Below are positions 47,001 through 56,353 of a stretch of 64,000 nucleotides of DNA, in pieces. Under the pieces are notes generated by a model. It worked only from the letters and a program-made list of their open reading frames with translations, was not told where the DNA came from and searched no databases. Position numbers and translations under genes: made by a program. Positions within the stretch are counted from its first letter, which is position 1. The number at the start of each line of letters is the position of its first letter. The stretch comes from an uncultured virus (IMG/VR IMGVR_UViG_3300017992_000022) (taxonomy: Duplodnaviria; Heunggongvirae; Uroviricota; Caudoviricetes). The stretch is from the IMG/VR virus record IMGVR_UViG_3300017992_000022. One strand, written 5' to 3'.

Positions 47001-47564
47001 ATGGGGATGCACCTTAACACGTCGATCAACTACAAGGCGAGAGCGATCTGCAAGCTCGCCGACACTTTCTCCCGGCTACAGATCTCGGGGATGAGCTCAG
47101 CCAAACTGACAGAACATTACGTCGCAGTCATACAGAGCCTGGAGCGCTGCCCCGAATGGGTGCGAGCTTACGTCAAGGGCTGGTACGACGCGACCAAAAG
47201 CATGTACGAGCGTGATCTCGTCTTCTTCTACACGATGCCCGATGGCTCGTTAGTCTCAACGCACCGTGATCGAGACGACTACTACGAGAAGCTCGGGATC
47301 GGTCCAAAAGAGGTCTATGACAAAGCCGTCGCGTCAGGCCACTACTGGGTGCGAGAACAATACGACAACGGTGTGAAGAAAGAAAAACTAGTGCCTTACT
47401 TCGTCTCGAGGATGGAAAAAGTAGGTACGTGCTCTTTCTGCAAGGCGGAGCACGTAAAATTGATCTACAGGTTGAAAGCAGACCCGGACCAAAAGGTCTG
47501 CGTCATCTGCCACCAGGACGCTCGCGTTCCGACGGAGTACATCCCACCGGAGATCATCGAGTGA
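47001..47564 (+). CDS. Hypothetical protein with C-terminal Zn finger
   Basis: AAGGAG RBS; CSFC..CVIC. Confidence 0.7.
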   Translation: MGMHLNTSINYKARAICKLADTFSRLQISGMSSAKLTEHYVAVIQSLERCPEWVRAYVKGWYDATKSMYERDLVFFYTMPDGSLVSTHRDRDDYYEKLGIGPKEVYDKAVASGHYWVREQYDNGVKKEKLVPYFVSRMEKVGTCSFCKAEHVKLIYRLKADPDQKVCVICHQDARVPTEYIPPEIIE

Positions 47565-47589
47565 AGCTGCCTGATCTACGGGAGGTCAA

Positions 47590-48030
47590 ATGATCAAAGA
47601 GTTTATCGATCCTGACAAGAAGTACCCACCAAACGCGCAACAGTGCCTGACTTGCCGAACCGTGTACCCAATGCCGAACGACGATTACCGTGACAGATGC
47701 CCGAACTGTGGCGGAATAGAGTTTGACCCAGTACGCGCCATCTCTTCGCTAGAAGAGCTCGCTGAGCACGTAGACGCCGCTGACGACACGGAAGCGAGTA
47801 TCGCCCGACGTCTGTTCAAAGACACTCGCTGCGGTATCTGCTTCCACATGCCTTGCTCAGATGAAGTCTCAGTGGCCGGATACGCAGAAGGCGTTGACGG
47901 TGATTGCCCGTCGCATGAACTAGAGTTCGGTCACTTCACCGCACAGATGTTTGACGCAGCTGTGGCCGTAGCAGACCAAGAAGGATGCGATCTGTTTGAC
48001 GCAGAACATGGAGAAATGGAGGAAGAATGA
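47590..48030 (+). CDS. Zn-ribbon protein
   Basis: GGAGGT RBS; CLTC..CPNCG. Confidence 0.7.
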   Translation: MIKEFIDPDKKYPPNAQQCLTCRTVYPMPNDDYRDRCPNCGGIEFDPVRAISSLEELAEHVDAADDTEASIARRLFKDTRCGICFHMPCSDEVSVAGYAEGVDGDCPSHELEFGHFTAQMFDAAVAVADQEGCDLFDAEHGEMEEE

Positions 48031-48242
48031 GTTGGGTGATGCTAGTTCGCGTAGACGAAGAGTGGAAACCTGTACGCCCCACAGGAGGGGAAGATCCCTA
48101 CCGCTTCCCAGATAAAGAAACAGCAGCTCGTATGCTGCGTATCTCCTACCCCGATCAACTCCGAGAGGCTCGATTGGGAGCCGAACCCACCGTGTGCATC
48201 AAAGAAGTAGACGAAGACCCGAACTGCGAAAAGTACCCGTGA
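48027..48242 (+). CDS. Hypothetical protein
   Basis: ATGA coupling; GGAGG RBS. Confidence 0.65.
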   Translation: MSWVMLVRVDEEWKPVRPTGGEDPYRFPDKETAARMLRISYPDQLREARLGAEPTVCIKEVDEDPNCEKYP

Positions 48243-48257
48243 GAGGACTAAAGAGAG

Positions 48258-49190
48258 ATGAGTAAAAACACCAAACGCGTCTACGAAATCATAATGCAAG
48301 TCATGCTAGATCTGGCTGACGACACCCCCGAAGTCGCGCAAAAAGTCATTGAGGACAAGATCAATGCCGGCGAACATTTCTCTATCTGCAACGTGTTTTC
48401 GGTCAGACCTATCCCGCAAAAGGAACTGAGCCTTGAAAAAGACGGAGACCCTTCGTGCATGGTTCCAGAGTGTGGGTCATTAGCGTCGTGGTTTCTCCCT
48501 CAGGGTCAAAGGCTGTGCCTACATCACTACAACATGCTGAAAAACCCAACCACCGACAAAGAGTCGGCCGACAAAAGAGATGACGTTATACGCCGAACGA
48601 GATCTACGCCACGACAGAAGGAAGAAGACTTATCGGGTCACCGAATGTACCCCATAGGAAAATTAACAAGATACTACGGCCAGCATGCGGAGGACCTCGA
48701 TGTGCTATGGGAAGCCTTTCGCCGTTACGTAGATCAAGACGCGCAAGAGCACGGTCGTGTTGCTACACCCGAACAAGTAGAAAACGTCATGAATGAAGAG
48801 GTTCAAAGAGTAGTAGCAGAAAAAAACAACAGCTGTTTTGTCCAAAGGCTGACGACTGCCGCCAAAGCCAATACAGAGATGCAACTACATTGCGGCAAAC
48901 ACGGAGAAGTGATGGCATTCAATGCAGGCAACGACAATCTGCATTGCCCCGAGTGCTACAACGAATCCTTGCAGGAGATAGAGACTTCTTCCTTCAAACA
49001 ACACATCGACAAGATCTATAAGCTACCTCGCGACCATTTCCGTGTCGGCGGGGATCAAAAAGGAGAATACGCCATTCTCCAAGTGCGCGTAGCCAAACCA
49101 CTAGCTGACTATCTCGAAAAGTGCGGGTACGACGCGCTAATGTACGGGTGTTCGATAGCATCCAAAAAGGAGGATACTGATGAAGGATGA
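48258..49190 (+). CDS. Multi-segment hypothetical protein with two Cys/His clusters
   Basis: CMVPEC..LCLHH; CGKHG..CPEC. Confidence 0.7.
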   Translation: MSKNTKRVYEIIMQVMLDLADDTPEVAQKVIEDKINAGEHFSICNVFSVRPIPQKELSLEKDGDPSCMVPECGSLASWFLPQGQRLCLHHYNMLKNPTTDKESADKRDDVIRRTRSTPRQKEEDLSGHRMYPIGKLTRYYGQHAEDLDVLWEAFRRYVDQDAQEHGRVATPEQVENVMNEEVQRVVAEKNNSCFVQRLTTAAKANTEMQLHCGKHGEVMAFNAGNDNLHCPECYNESLQEIETSSFKQHIDKIYKLPRDHFRVGGDQKGEYAILQVRVAKPLADYLEKCGYDALMYGCSIASKKEDTDEG

Positions 49191-49443
49191 CTACAAACAA
49201 AAAGATTATGTAACGGTGTGTGTGGCTGCAAATGTTGGGTTTGTCGTCGAGCTACCCATAGATACTTGCAGAGAACCTGTTGCCTGCGAAGACCCTGCCG
49301 TGGAAGCCGCGCTTTCGGCTATATCCCAGTACAGCAACGTGTACCTTTGGGGAGAAGACAAAAAACCCGCCATCGTTTTCTGTGACGTAGCGGAAGAGGA
49401 TATGGAGATCGAAGAAGATGGGAGAGAAGAACTGCAAGACTAA
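49180..49443 (+). CDS. Hypothetical acidic protein
   Basis: AAGGAGG RBS. Confidence 0.65.
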   Translation: MKDDYKQKDYVTVCVAANVGFVVELPIDTCREPVACEDPAVEAALSAISQYSNVYLWGEDKKPAIVFCDVAEEDMEIEEDGREELQD

Positions 49444-49696
49444 GAAATACGTCGTGTACTGGAAAGAAGAGGTAGAGCTCTCGTCAGTGGTTGAACTGCA
49501 CGACGACGGAAAAACCGACCCGACAGATATCTTGGGCGAGCTGCGTGAGGCTGACCAAGGGAATGGAAGAAATGGACGGCTACGACGCGAACAAGTACGA
49601 GGTCCAGCATCTCGATGGCCGGCTCACGCCCAGGATCTGGGGCACGCACATCAAGGTGCGGCGCTGGGACGGCAAGGACGGCATCCCGTGGGATGA
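49418..49696 (+). CDS. Hypothetical protein, possibly truncated by the downstream gene
   Basis: Plausible N-terminal half; C-terminal half is an out-of-frame read of the next gene. Confidence 0.4.
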   Translation: MGEKNCKTKKYVVYWKEEVELSSVVELHDDGKTDPTDILGELREADQGNGRNGRLRREQVRGPASRWPAHAQDLGHAHQGAALGRQGRHPVG

Positions 49697-49850
49697 CCTG
49701 CAGGAGATCAAGAACGAGGTCGCTGGAGAGGAGACTGTGGCGATCGAGATCTACCCTGCTGCGCAGGACCTGGTCTACGAAGAGAACATCCGACACCTGT
49801 GGGTCGTCCCTCCTGACTTCCCACTACCGAATCTCAGGAGGCGATGGTGA
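49563..49850 (+). CDS. Conserved phage protein (WDDLQEIKNE...AIEIYP...N.RHLW pattern)
   Basis: Motif pattern; strong GC3 codon bias; exact start uncertain. Confidence 0.7.
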   Translation: MEEMDGYDANKYEVQHLDGRLTPRIWGTHIKVRRWDGKDGIPWDDLQEIKNEVAGEETVAIEIYPAAQDLVYEENIRHLWVVPPDFPLPNLRRRW

Positions 49851-50035
49851 ATATCACACACAACAAAGGCGACACGTACCACGTCACCGGCGTCGACATA
49901 GATGGAAAGAGATTTAAGATCGTAACGAGCAGTCCTATACAAGCACTGGGGATCAATCTGTGGCGGGGGACGGTGTGGCAACTCAAAGCCGGTAGCGAGA
50001 AGAGGAAGCTAATCAAGAAGGTGTGGAACTTATGA
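49844..50035 (+). CDS. Hypothetical protein
   Basis: AGGAGG RBS; INLWRGTVW. Confidence 0.65.
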   Translation: MVNITHNKGDTYHVTGVDIDGKRFKIVTSSPIQALGINLWRGTVWQLKAGSEKRKLIKKVWNL

Positions 50036-50430
50036 GCAGAGCTAAGACTCCTCCCAAGACTTCGTGGTGTCGGCACTGTGTGGAAGACAAGGACGACCTA
50101 CGTCTGTATAGCGTTAGGGATGATCGGGTCAACTGGGTCTGCGAGAGTTGCATAAAAGAGATAGAGGATCATAAGAGAAAAGCGGCGTCGACCAAACCGA
50201 TGACAAAGAAGCAGATCGAAGAGGAGAAGGAAAGGTCAAGGAGGGAGAGGGAGCTAGTAAGGAGCAGATCCTCTGGGGAGCGTGTACTTGCTCCGGGAGA
50301 GAAGCTGCCGGATGTTTCGGTGGACTACTCTTTCGGATCACAGCCTTTGCGATCCAAAGAAACTCCGTTCGACTACTATGTCGGACTCAAGTGGTCGTAC
50401 GGTCACGGGCCAAATGAGGAGGATGACTAA
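50032..50430 (+). CDS. Zn-finger protein
   Basis: ATGA coupling; CRHC..CESC. Confidence 0.6.
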   Translation: MSRAKTPPKTSWCRHCVEDKDDLRLYSVRDDRVNWVCESCIKEIEDHKRKAASTKPMTKKQIEEEKERSRRERELVRSRSSGERVLAPGEKLPDVSVDYSFGSQPLRSKETPFDYYVGLKWSYGHGPNEEDD

Positions 50431-50837
50431 TGAGATACCTCAGCAAGATGTGGATCGGCATCGAGCAGAAGATCAAGACCCTGAAAGGGGTCGAATGGAT
50501 CGAGGAGCGCAAGATGATCGGAGTCGTCATCAGGTCAGGAAGGGGCACACAGTGTGGGCACTTCATGTTCTGGGACGTGTCGATCGGCGGAGAGAAGAAG
50601 ACGGCCAGCGGCGCGGAGGACAGGATCTTCCCGTTCCACCACGTCACGCTTGAGCCCCACGAGAAGCCGCCCAAGGACATGATCCCAGCTCTGGGCTTCT
50701 GCAACGACGGCAACGACTACGCCTTCAACTACAACGGCAGGCCCTGCATCATCACCAAGGCCGCGATGTGCGGCATGGAGCAGGGCTTCGAGCCAGTGCC
50801 ACCTGAGAGGTGCCCGGAGAAATGGGAGATCAAATGA
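50430..50837 (+). CDS. Hypothetical protein
   Basis: TAATG coupling; GC3-biased codons. Confidence 0.7.
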   Translation: MRYLSKMWIGIEQKIKTLKGVEWIEERKMIGVVIRSGRGTQCGHFMFWDVSIGGEKKTASGAEDRIFPFHHVTLEPHEKPPKDMIPALGFCNDGNDYAFNYNGRPCIITKAAMCGMEQGFEPVPPERCPEKWEIK

Positions 50838-51088
50838 TCGATCTGAGCAAACACGACTGCGAGGTCGAGTACTGGCGCCACTGCCACAAGTGCGTGTCTG
50901 GTGATCCGGATGCGACCTTCGAGGAGTTGGCTCACGAAGGCAGTCTCTGCACCGAGATCAAGATCACCTACCCCGATGGATCTTCCGTTTGCCTGTGGCG
51001 CGGTCCAGAGGGTTGGAGGTTCCCAGAGAACTACTGCACGGACTGTGCCACAGCAACAGGGATGTACGATCCCGAAGGGAGACTGTGA
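50834..51088 (+). CDS. Cys-rich hypothetical protein
   Basis: ATGA coupling; CHKC..CTDC. Confidence 0.6.
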   Translation: MIDLSKHDCEVEYWRHCHKCVSGDPDATFEELAHEGSLCTEIKITYPDGSSVCLWRGPEGWRFPENYCTDCATATGMYDPEGRL

Positions 51089-51300
51089 TGTACACGATCT
51101 TCACCAGGACATGGTGGAAGGAAAACCCGGACTGGCCTGATGGCCTCGAGCCATGCCCGGGCTCCAAACGAAAAGTCACCGCCGTGGAAACGGAAAAAGA
51201 GGCCAGGGAAATGTGCCGGAGATCTAACCGAGACAGAACTACGTCTCAGGTTCGGCTCGGTTTCAAATACGAGTACACAAGGAGCGCCTTATGGGGATGA
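51088..51300 (+). CDS. Hypothetical protein
   Basis: TGATG coupling; FTRTWWKENP.WP.GLEP. Confidence 0.65.
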   Translation: MYTIFTRTWWKENPDWPDGLEPCPGSKRKVTAVETEKEAREMCRRSNRDRTTSQVRLGFKYEYTRSALWG

Positions 51301-51563
51301 AGTTTAGAGACACCCTCACTGACGAAGAATACGACAGCGACGATCTACCCGTGCGGGTACTATCGAGCGCGGCCGGCTACTACATCGGGCAGCTCGAGCC
51401 CTGCGGGGCTCCATTCAGCAGGCTGTCCGACTACTACAAGAAGCGTGAAGATGCGGAGCGGGACCTGGAGCAGGGCTGGGTCGACCGCGGGGCGCCGGAG
51501 AACGCCCCGGTGATGGCCGGTTTGGAGAAGGCTGGCAAGCTCAAGACGAAACCACTCAACTAG
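51297..51563 (+). CDS. Hypothetical phage protein
   Basis: VLSSAAGYYIG...PFSRLS.YY. Confidence 0.7.
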   Translation: MKFRDTLTDEEYDSDDLPVRVLSSAAGYYIGQLEPCGAPFSRLSDYYKKREDAERDLEQGWVDRGAPENAPVMAGLEKAGKLKTKPLN

Positions 51564-51572
51564 GAGGAGATC

Positions 51573-52244
51573 ATGTTCTATTGCGAGGGCTGTGCGAAGA
51601 AGCACGGCTACCCGTTCGAGTTCGACATGCTGATGTTGCGCGGGCCGTGTGAGATCTGCAAGGAGACAAAAGCCTGCGTGGACGTACCGTGCAGCCAACT
51701 TCCGAAGAAGTTCAGGAAGAAGGACGGCATGCCGATGCCGCTGCCCACGGACGAGCCGCAGGTCGTGTCGTGCGAGACCTGCGGTGAGCCCACCCAGTAC
51801 ACCGGCACGAAGCGCTGCAACAACTGCTACGAGGTCGAGTCCCGCCTGGACAGGTACCTCCAGAACCCCAAGGCCTGGGCGCTCATCGTCCGCAAGATAC
51901 GCGAGGGCGAGCTGAAGCAGGGCGCGGCCGAGGCCATCGAGCACTTCGACGAGGACGAGCTCGAGGAGTACTCGTCCCAGCTGGAACAGGCCAGGGCTGA
52001 CGTGCTGAACGGCCACATCGACGACATCCGAGGCTGGATCACGGCCAACGAGATGGACGAGCTGCGGGCCTTCCTCAACAGCGCCTTGGACCTCGACCGC
52101 ATGACGCTGGGGGAGATCAGGGCCAGGTTCGAGAGCTACATCGACCACCAGGTGTGCCCGCACGGGGAGCCCCTGGGCGACTGCACGGCGTGCGACGTAG
52201 CAGGGGACCTAGCCTACGATGCGGCCAGGGAAGACAGGCCATGA
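51573..52244 (+). CDS. Multi-Zn-finger protein
   Basis: AGGAGG RBS; three Cys clusters. Confidence 0.7.
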   Translation: MFYCEGCAKKHGYPFEFDMLMLRGPCEICKETKACVDVPCSQLPKKFRKKDGMPMPLPTDEPQVVSCETCGEPTQYTGTKRCNNCYEVESRLDRYLQNPKAWALIVRKIREGELKQGAAEAIEHFDEDELEEYSSQLEQARADVLNGHIDDIRGWITANEMDELRAFLNSALDLDRMTLGEIRARFESYIDHQVCPHGEPLGDCTACDVAGDLAYDAAREDRP

Positions 52245-52432
52245 AACGTTGCGGGGAGTGCGACAACTGCAAGGAGCTAGAGCGTGTAAAGGCATCAGTG
52301 CTCAAGGTTGTGAATCCTCCTTGCAGCAAGCCTTCAGCGTACTGGCCATACGCTTGCGCTGATGACGGAGTGATCGAATTCTGGAACAGGGAACTAGAGC
52401 GCTTACCTTGTACGGAGAGGGATGATGTTTGA
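52241..52432 (+). CDS. Small Cys-rich protein
   Basis: ATGA coupling; CGECDNC. Confidence 0.6.
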   Translation: MKRCGECDNCKELERVKASVLKVVNPPCSKPSAYWPYACADDGVIEFWNRELERLPCTERDDV

Positions 52433-52757
52433 ATCGTGTTGTTGCACCTACGACTACCACGGCCCAGAGGTGTGCCGCACCGAAATACGCCGAGCGGCCA
52501 AAGAGCATCGTTGCTGTGAGTGTGGCGCGACGATCAAGGTCGGAGAGCGACACCAGTACGTCACTGGCAAATGGGATGGCTTCTGGGACGCGTACCGCAC
52601 GTGTATGCCGTGCAAGGCGGTACGCGACGATCGCATGTCGTGCGGGTGGGCCTACGGTAGACTATGGGAGGACCTGCGCGAGTGCCTCGGCGGGTACTGC
52701 GACTGTGATGATGAGCCGTGCACCTGCGACGACTGGCTGTGCCCGGAGGAGGAGTAG
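52422..52757 (+). CDS. Phage Zn-binding protein
   Basis: RAAKEHRCCECG..I..GE..Y...TCMPC. Confidence 0.7.
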   Translation: MMFESCCCTYDYHGPEVCRTEIRRAAKEHRCCECGATIKVGERHQYVTGKWDGFWDAYRTCMPCKAVRDDRMSCGWAYGRLWEDLRECLGGYCDCDDEPCTCDDWLCPEEE

Positions 52758-52758
52758 A

Positions 52759-53058
52759 ATGAACGGACCGAGATTCTTTCAGACAGGCATGGGAAGAACG
52801 TTCTACGAAGGTACGATGCCTAAGCTCGTCAAACAGCTCAAGCGACTTAACGACAACCTAGAGAGTAAATCTCCGAAACAAGAAGAGTCGGTCTTCGTCA
52901 AGCAGTGTCACTTGATCAAGTTCGCCAGGCTTCTTTGCTCGATCAAAGAACACTGCGAAATGGAAGGCTTCGACCAAGTCATGGAGTCCCTGGATCTAGG
53001 CGACGAGGATGTAAACGAAATCTTTGGCATAGCAGAGAAATACAAGGACAAGCAGTAG
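52759..53058 (+). CDS. Hypothetical protein
   Basis: GGAGGAG RBS; FFQTGMGRTFYEGTMP. Confidence 0.7.
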   Translation: MNGPRFFQTGMGRTFYEGTMPKLVKQLKRLNDNLESKSPKQEESVFVKQCHLIKFARLLCSIKEHCEMEGFDQVMESLDLGDEDVNEIFGIAEKYKDKQ

Positions 53059-53061
53059 GTC

Positions 53062-53069
53062 GGTATAAG
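53062..53069 (+). promoter_or_regulatory. Promoter-like motif GGTATAAG
   Basis: In the short intergenic gap before the ligase gene. Confidence 0.6.
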
Positions 53070-53104
53070 GCTTGTGACGATCGAGACATTTGCTTGGAGA
53101 GAAA

Positions 53105-54616
53105 ATGCTGAAACCGCCTAGGAGCAAAAAGCTCTTTGTCGAGCTGGAACGAGAAGGAAAGAACAACACACAGATGTGGAGAGGGTGGGTGGACGGCAAC
53201 AAGGTCATCTCCCAATGGGGGATGAAAGACGGCAAGATCCAACAGACCATCGACGTCCCGGGGTCTAAGGGGAAGAAGGACACCAAAGCCTACATCGACC
53301 CAGAGCAAGCTGCGTTCGATCAACTAGTCCGCGACACCAAAAAGAAAGTGCAGAAAGGCTACGAGATTACGGTATGCCCCTCCAGAGGGTCCTTTGCGAA
53401 CATCTTAGCCGAAGAAATCAGCGACGTAGTACAAGCGACAGAGATCACCTTCGACGGTCCTCTGTCGCACAACATCGCTTTCTCCAAGCCCATCAACTCT
53501 GTAGAACCCAAGAAGCTAATGAAGCTATCTGCGAGGTCCGACAGTAAGGGCATAGGAGGTCCTCCACTCGCATGGACCGTCAAGAAGAATGGCATGTGCT
53601 ACATAGTGTCCAAAGACAAGCAAGGACGTGTTTGGATCCAAAGCCGCGGGAAACTCATCGTGGAGAACAAGAAGTTCCTCCATCTCGAGACTCAGTTCGA
53701 CGACTTTCTTCCTCCAGAGTCTATCCTCCTATGTGAGTTCTACATGGGCGAAGGTAAGGCTAAAGCCGACTTCAAGCTGATGCAACAGATCTCCAACTCG
53801 TTGGAGGAAAGGGCAGTACGACTCCAAGACGAACTGGGTTACGCACACGCGTATGTGTTCCGTGTCCCTTTTTGGTGTGGCGAGAACATGGAGAAAGACC
53901 ACGCTTGCACCAGATGGCTCGGATTCCTCGACAAGATGCTAGATGGTTGGCATGACGACTCACGACCGATCGACAAACACCAGCCAGGACTAACTGAGTT
54001 CAGCTACATCCACGGACTCGCCATCTCAGAAGCTACGTACGAGTCAGCTATCGAAGAGATGAACGAGTTCGGGTATGAAGGCTACGTGGTTTACGATTGT
54101 TGGGGGTCGCTAGGTGAGAAGCACCTATCCTTTCTAGGCCAACCAGATCGCCCCAACGTATGCTGGAAGGTCAAGCGTGCTTTAGAAGACGATTTCGTAG
54201 CCTTGTGGGATCCCAATGGCCGCCCCGAGCATTGCACGTCGAAGTGCCGCATCCCAAATCGAGAAGCAGAGGACAAGCAAGAAGAGACTGGAAAGTGCTG
54301 CGTGTGTGGAAAGAAGCTCAAGCCGAACGGAACATGGGGCACTGGAAAAAACAAGAAGCGAGTTGGAACGCTTTCGCTCTATCAGTTTGGAAGCGACGGA
54401 GTCCTCCGCTACATCTGTGAAGTCAGCTCAGGCCTCACGGACGCGGACAAACAGGACATAGCAGACGAGGGCGAATTCTTCGGTGTAGTCCAAGTCGGGT
54501 ACCAAGATCGCGGCTTCATCACTTTGGGCGATGACTCCAACGCACTCACCCATCCCAAGGTGCTCGAATTTCGTGGTGACAAAGAACCGGGAGAGTGCAA
54601 AAACAAGGATGTCTGA
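53105..54616 (+). CDS. ATP-dependent DNA ligase with N-terminal WGR-like domain
   Basis: WGR-like SQWG...KKKVQKGY; motifs I KKNG, III LLCEFY, IV EGYVV, V WKVK; OB fold VSSGLTD...HPKVLEFRGDK. Confidence 0.8.
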   Translation: MLKPPRSKKLFVELEREGKNNTQMWRGWVDGNKVISQWGMKDGKIQQTIDVPGSKGKKDTKAYIDPEQAAFDQLVRDTKKKVQKGYEITVCPSRGSFANILAEEISDVVQATEITFDGPLSHNIAFSKPINSVEPKKLMKLSARSDSKGIGGPPLAWTVKKNGMCYIVSKDKQGRVWIQSRGKLIVENKKFLHLETQFDDFLPPESILLCEFYMGEGKAKADFKLMQQISNSLEERAVRLQDELGYAHAYVFRVPFWCGENMEKDHACTRWLGFLDKMLDGWHDDSRPIDKHQPGLTEFSYIHGLAISEATYESAIEEMNEFGYEGYVVYDCWGSLGEKHLSFLGQPDRPNVCWKVKRALEDDFVALWDPNGRPEHCTSKCRIPNREAEDKQEETGKCCVCGKKLKPNGTWGTGKNKKRVGTLSLYQFGSDGVLRYICEVSSGLTDADKQDIADEGEFFGVVQVGYQDRGFITLGDDSNALTHPKVLEFRGDKEPGECKNKDV

Positions 54617-54618
54617 AA

Positions 54619-55239
54619 ATGGAACACATCCCGATATGTGCGTGTGGCTGCGTGATGCGGCTCTCTTCAAACGAGAACTACTACTATTGCCCAAAGTGTG
54701 AGGTTCCCGTTTACGCACCAAGTGAAGAAGATGAAACTTGCGATAGCGAGATATGTGATAACTGTAATGGCCTGGGATACCTCTTCCCATGGGGTGACGA
54801 CACGGGCCTGGCCTGTGTCGAGCGATGCGATATCTGCAAAAAGTTCACAGATGACGACGAAGCAGCAATTGAGCTGTGCGTAGATCTCCAGAAGAAAGTC
54901 GGTACACGATACACTGTGTCCAGAATCGTTTTGCCGGGCCACAGCACGGAAGACCCCGGTTCGGTACGCAGCGTTGTGATGGAGCTAGAACGGGCAAACG
55001 AAGACAGTGTCACCTACACCGTTTTGGACTTTGAAGATGGGGCGGCGTTAGAGAAGAAACTCCGCCGCCCCGACATAGAAGACTTCATAAAGGCCGCCAA
55101 AGAACACGGGGAGCTCTCTGAATCAGATCACGAAGTAGGAGACCTGCAAGGCATGCTCCGCAAAGCTTGGGAGCTGCTCCCGGACCGCGGTCGCCGAAAG
55201 TTAGCCGAGGCTCACGAAGAACTCTTGCAATGGAAATAG
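54619..55239 (+). CDS. Cys-rich hypothetical protein
   Basis: CACG..CPKC; CDNC..CDIC. Confidence 0.65.
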   Translation: MEHIPICACGCVMRLSSNENYYYCPKCEVPVYAPSEEDETCDSEICDNCNGLGYLFPWGDDTGLACVERCDICKKFTDDDEAAIELCVDLQKKVGTRYTVSRIVLPGHSTEDPGSVRSVVMELERANEDSVTYTVLDFEDGAALEKKLRRPDIEDFIKAAKEHGELSESDHEVGDLQGMLRKAWELLPDRGRRKLAEAHEELLQWK

Positions 55240-55757
55240 CTACCATGACCAACATCTACCGCATGAGGGGCGAGGAAGCTACTAACATGATCGAGCAGCT
55301 ACGGGTGGAAGTGTGTTGGCCTAAGTTCGAGCTCCTTCAAATGGTCAGGGAGATCGTTCAGCCGTCCGTGGGACGGCTGCCGAGGAAGAACCCGAAGATC
55401 TTCGAGATGCACCTAGCAGATCTTCTATCCGATGTCTCCCGCGTCGGTGACGGAACATATGCCCGAGAGGTCTTCTGGAAGCTGGTGGAGAAAGCACCCT
55501 TCCGCATCAAGCTCGACAACCTCGACGACCGTGAGGGCTGTGTGATGGTCGACGCTGAGAGTAAGATCTTGGCCGTCCACGACCAGTCCATCGCCGGAGC
55601 ACACTGGGAGGCCCCCGACGACATGGACGGGGCCTACGCTATGCCAGGTGACCGTCCGGGTCTGCTCGAGGAGCTCAGGAAAGAGGGCTACGAGATCGAC
55701 GACAGCGAGTACTGGTGTCTGACCGACTTTGATCGAGAAGGCGATGAGATAAGATGA
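55230..55757 (+). CDS. Hypothetical protein
   Basis: Continuous tiling; start uncertain. Confidence 0.6.
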   Translation: MEIATMTNIYRMRGEEATNMIEQLRVEVCWPKFELLQMVREIVQPSVGRLPRKNPKIFEMHLADLLSDVSRVGDGTYAREVFWKLVEKAPFRIKLDNLDDREGCVMVDAESKILAVHDQSIAGAHWEAPDDMDGAYAMPGDRPGLLEELRKEGYEIDDSEYWCLTDFDREGDEIR

Positions 55758-56353
55758 AAAGAGATCACAAGGCCTTCTCAATCGTCCAAAGGTTTAGACG
55801 CGAGTGGAATAAACTGAAACGAGAAATGAATCGGGAAGAATTAGTAGAGCTAGAAAAAGAGCTTCGGAAGATCGCAAATGTCGTAAGGTCATACCGTGCT
55901 GAAACGTTCAAGCCAGACGGCCGAACAAGATGCGCGGAGTCCGGTTGCAACAGGTGGGCAAAGAAAGGATCTGAATTGTGCACCCATCACTTCCGGCACA
56001 CCTGTAGACTATGCGAAAACGAATTTGCTGCGTGTGACGTACCACGATACAGCAAGCCAGCCAAGATCCTATGCCCTGATTGTTTAGGGCTGAATCTGAC
56101 TCCGCGGGACATCCGCTACTTGGCAGACATGGAACCGAGTAGGAGGAAGGATCTAGTGCGACACATCAAGAAGGAAGACTACAGCGTCACTGCGGCGTCG
56201 TTGTTCCTGTTACAAGAAACGATTGGACAAACAGACCGTCTTCTTGACACCTCGATGGGCTGCTCAGTTTCGAAATCTGTATGCAGTGTCTGCAAGGCTC
56301 CATTCGACAACGAGGAGAAGTGCCTATGCGCTATCGATCCAAAAACCTTGTGA
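55754..56353 (+). CDS. Multi-Zn-finger protein
   Basis: CAESGC..CTHH; CRLC..CPDC; SMGC..CSVC. Confidence 0.65.
   Translation: MKRDHKAFSIVQRFRREWNKLKREMNREELVELEKELRKIANVVRSYRAETFKPDGRTRCAESGCNRWAKKGSELCTHHFRHTCRLCENEFAACDVPRYSKPAKILCPDCLGLNLTPRDIRYLADMEPSRRKDLVRHIKKEDYSVTAASLFLLQETIGQTDRLLDTSMGCSVSKSVCSVCKAPFDNEEKCLCAIDPKTL

Noticed and set aside
51360..52163. 267-aa minus-strand ORF
   Set aside because: Antisense shadow of GC3-rich plus-strand genes.
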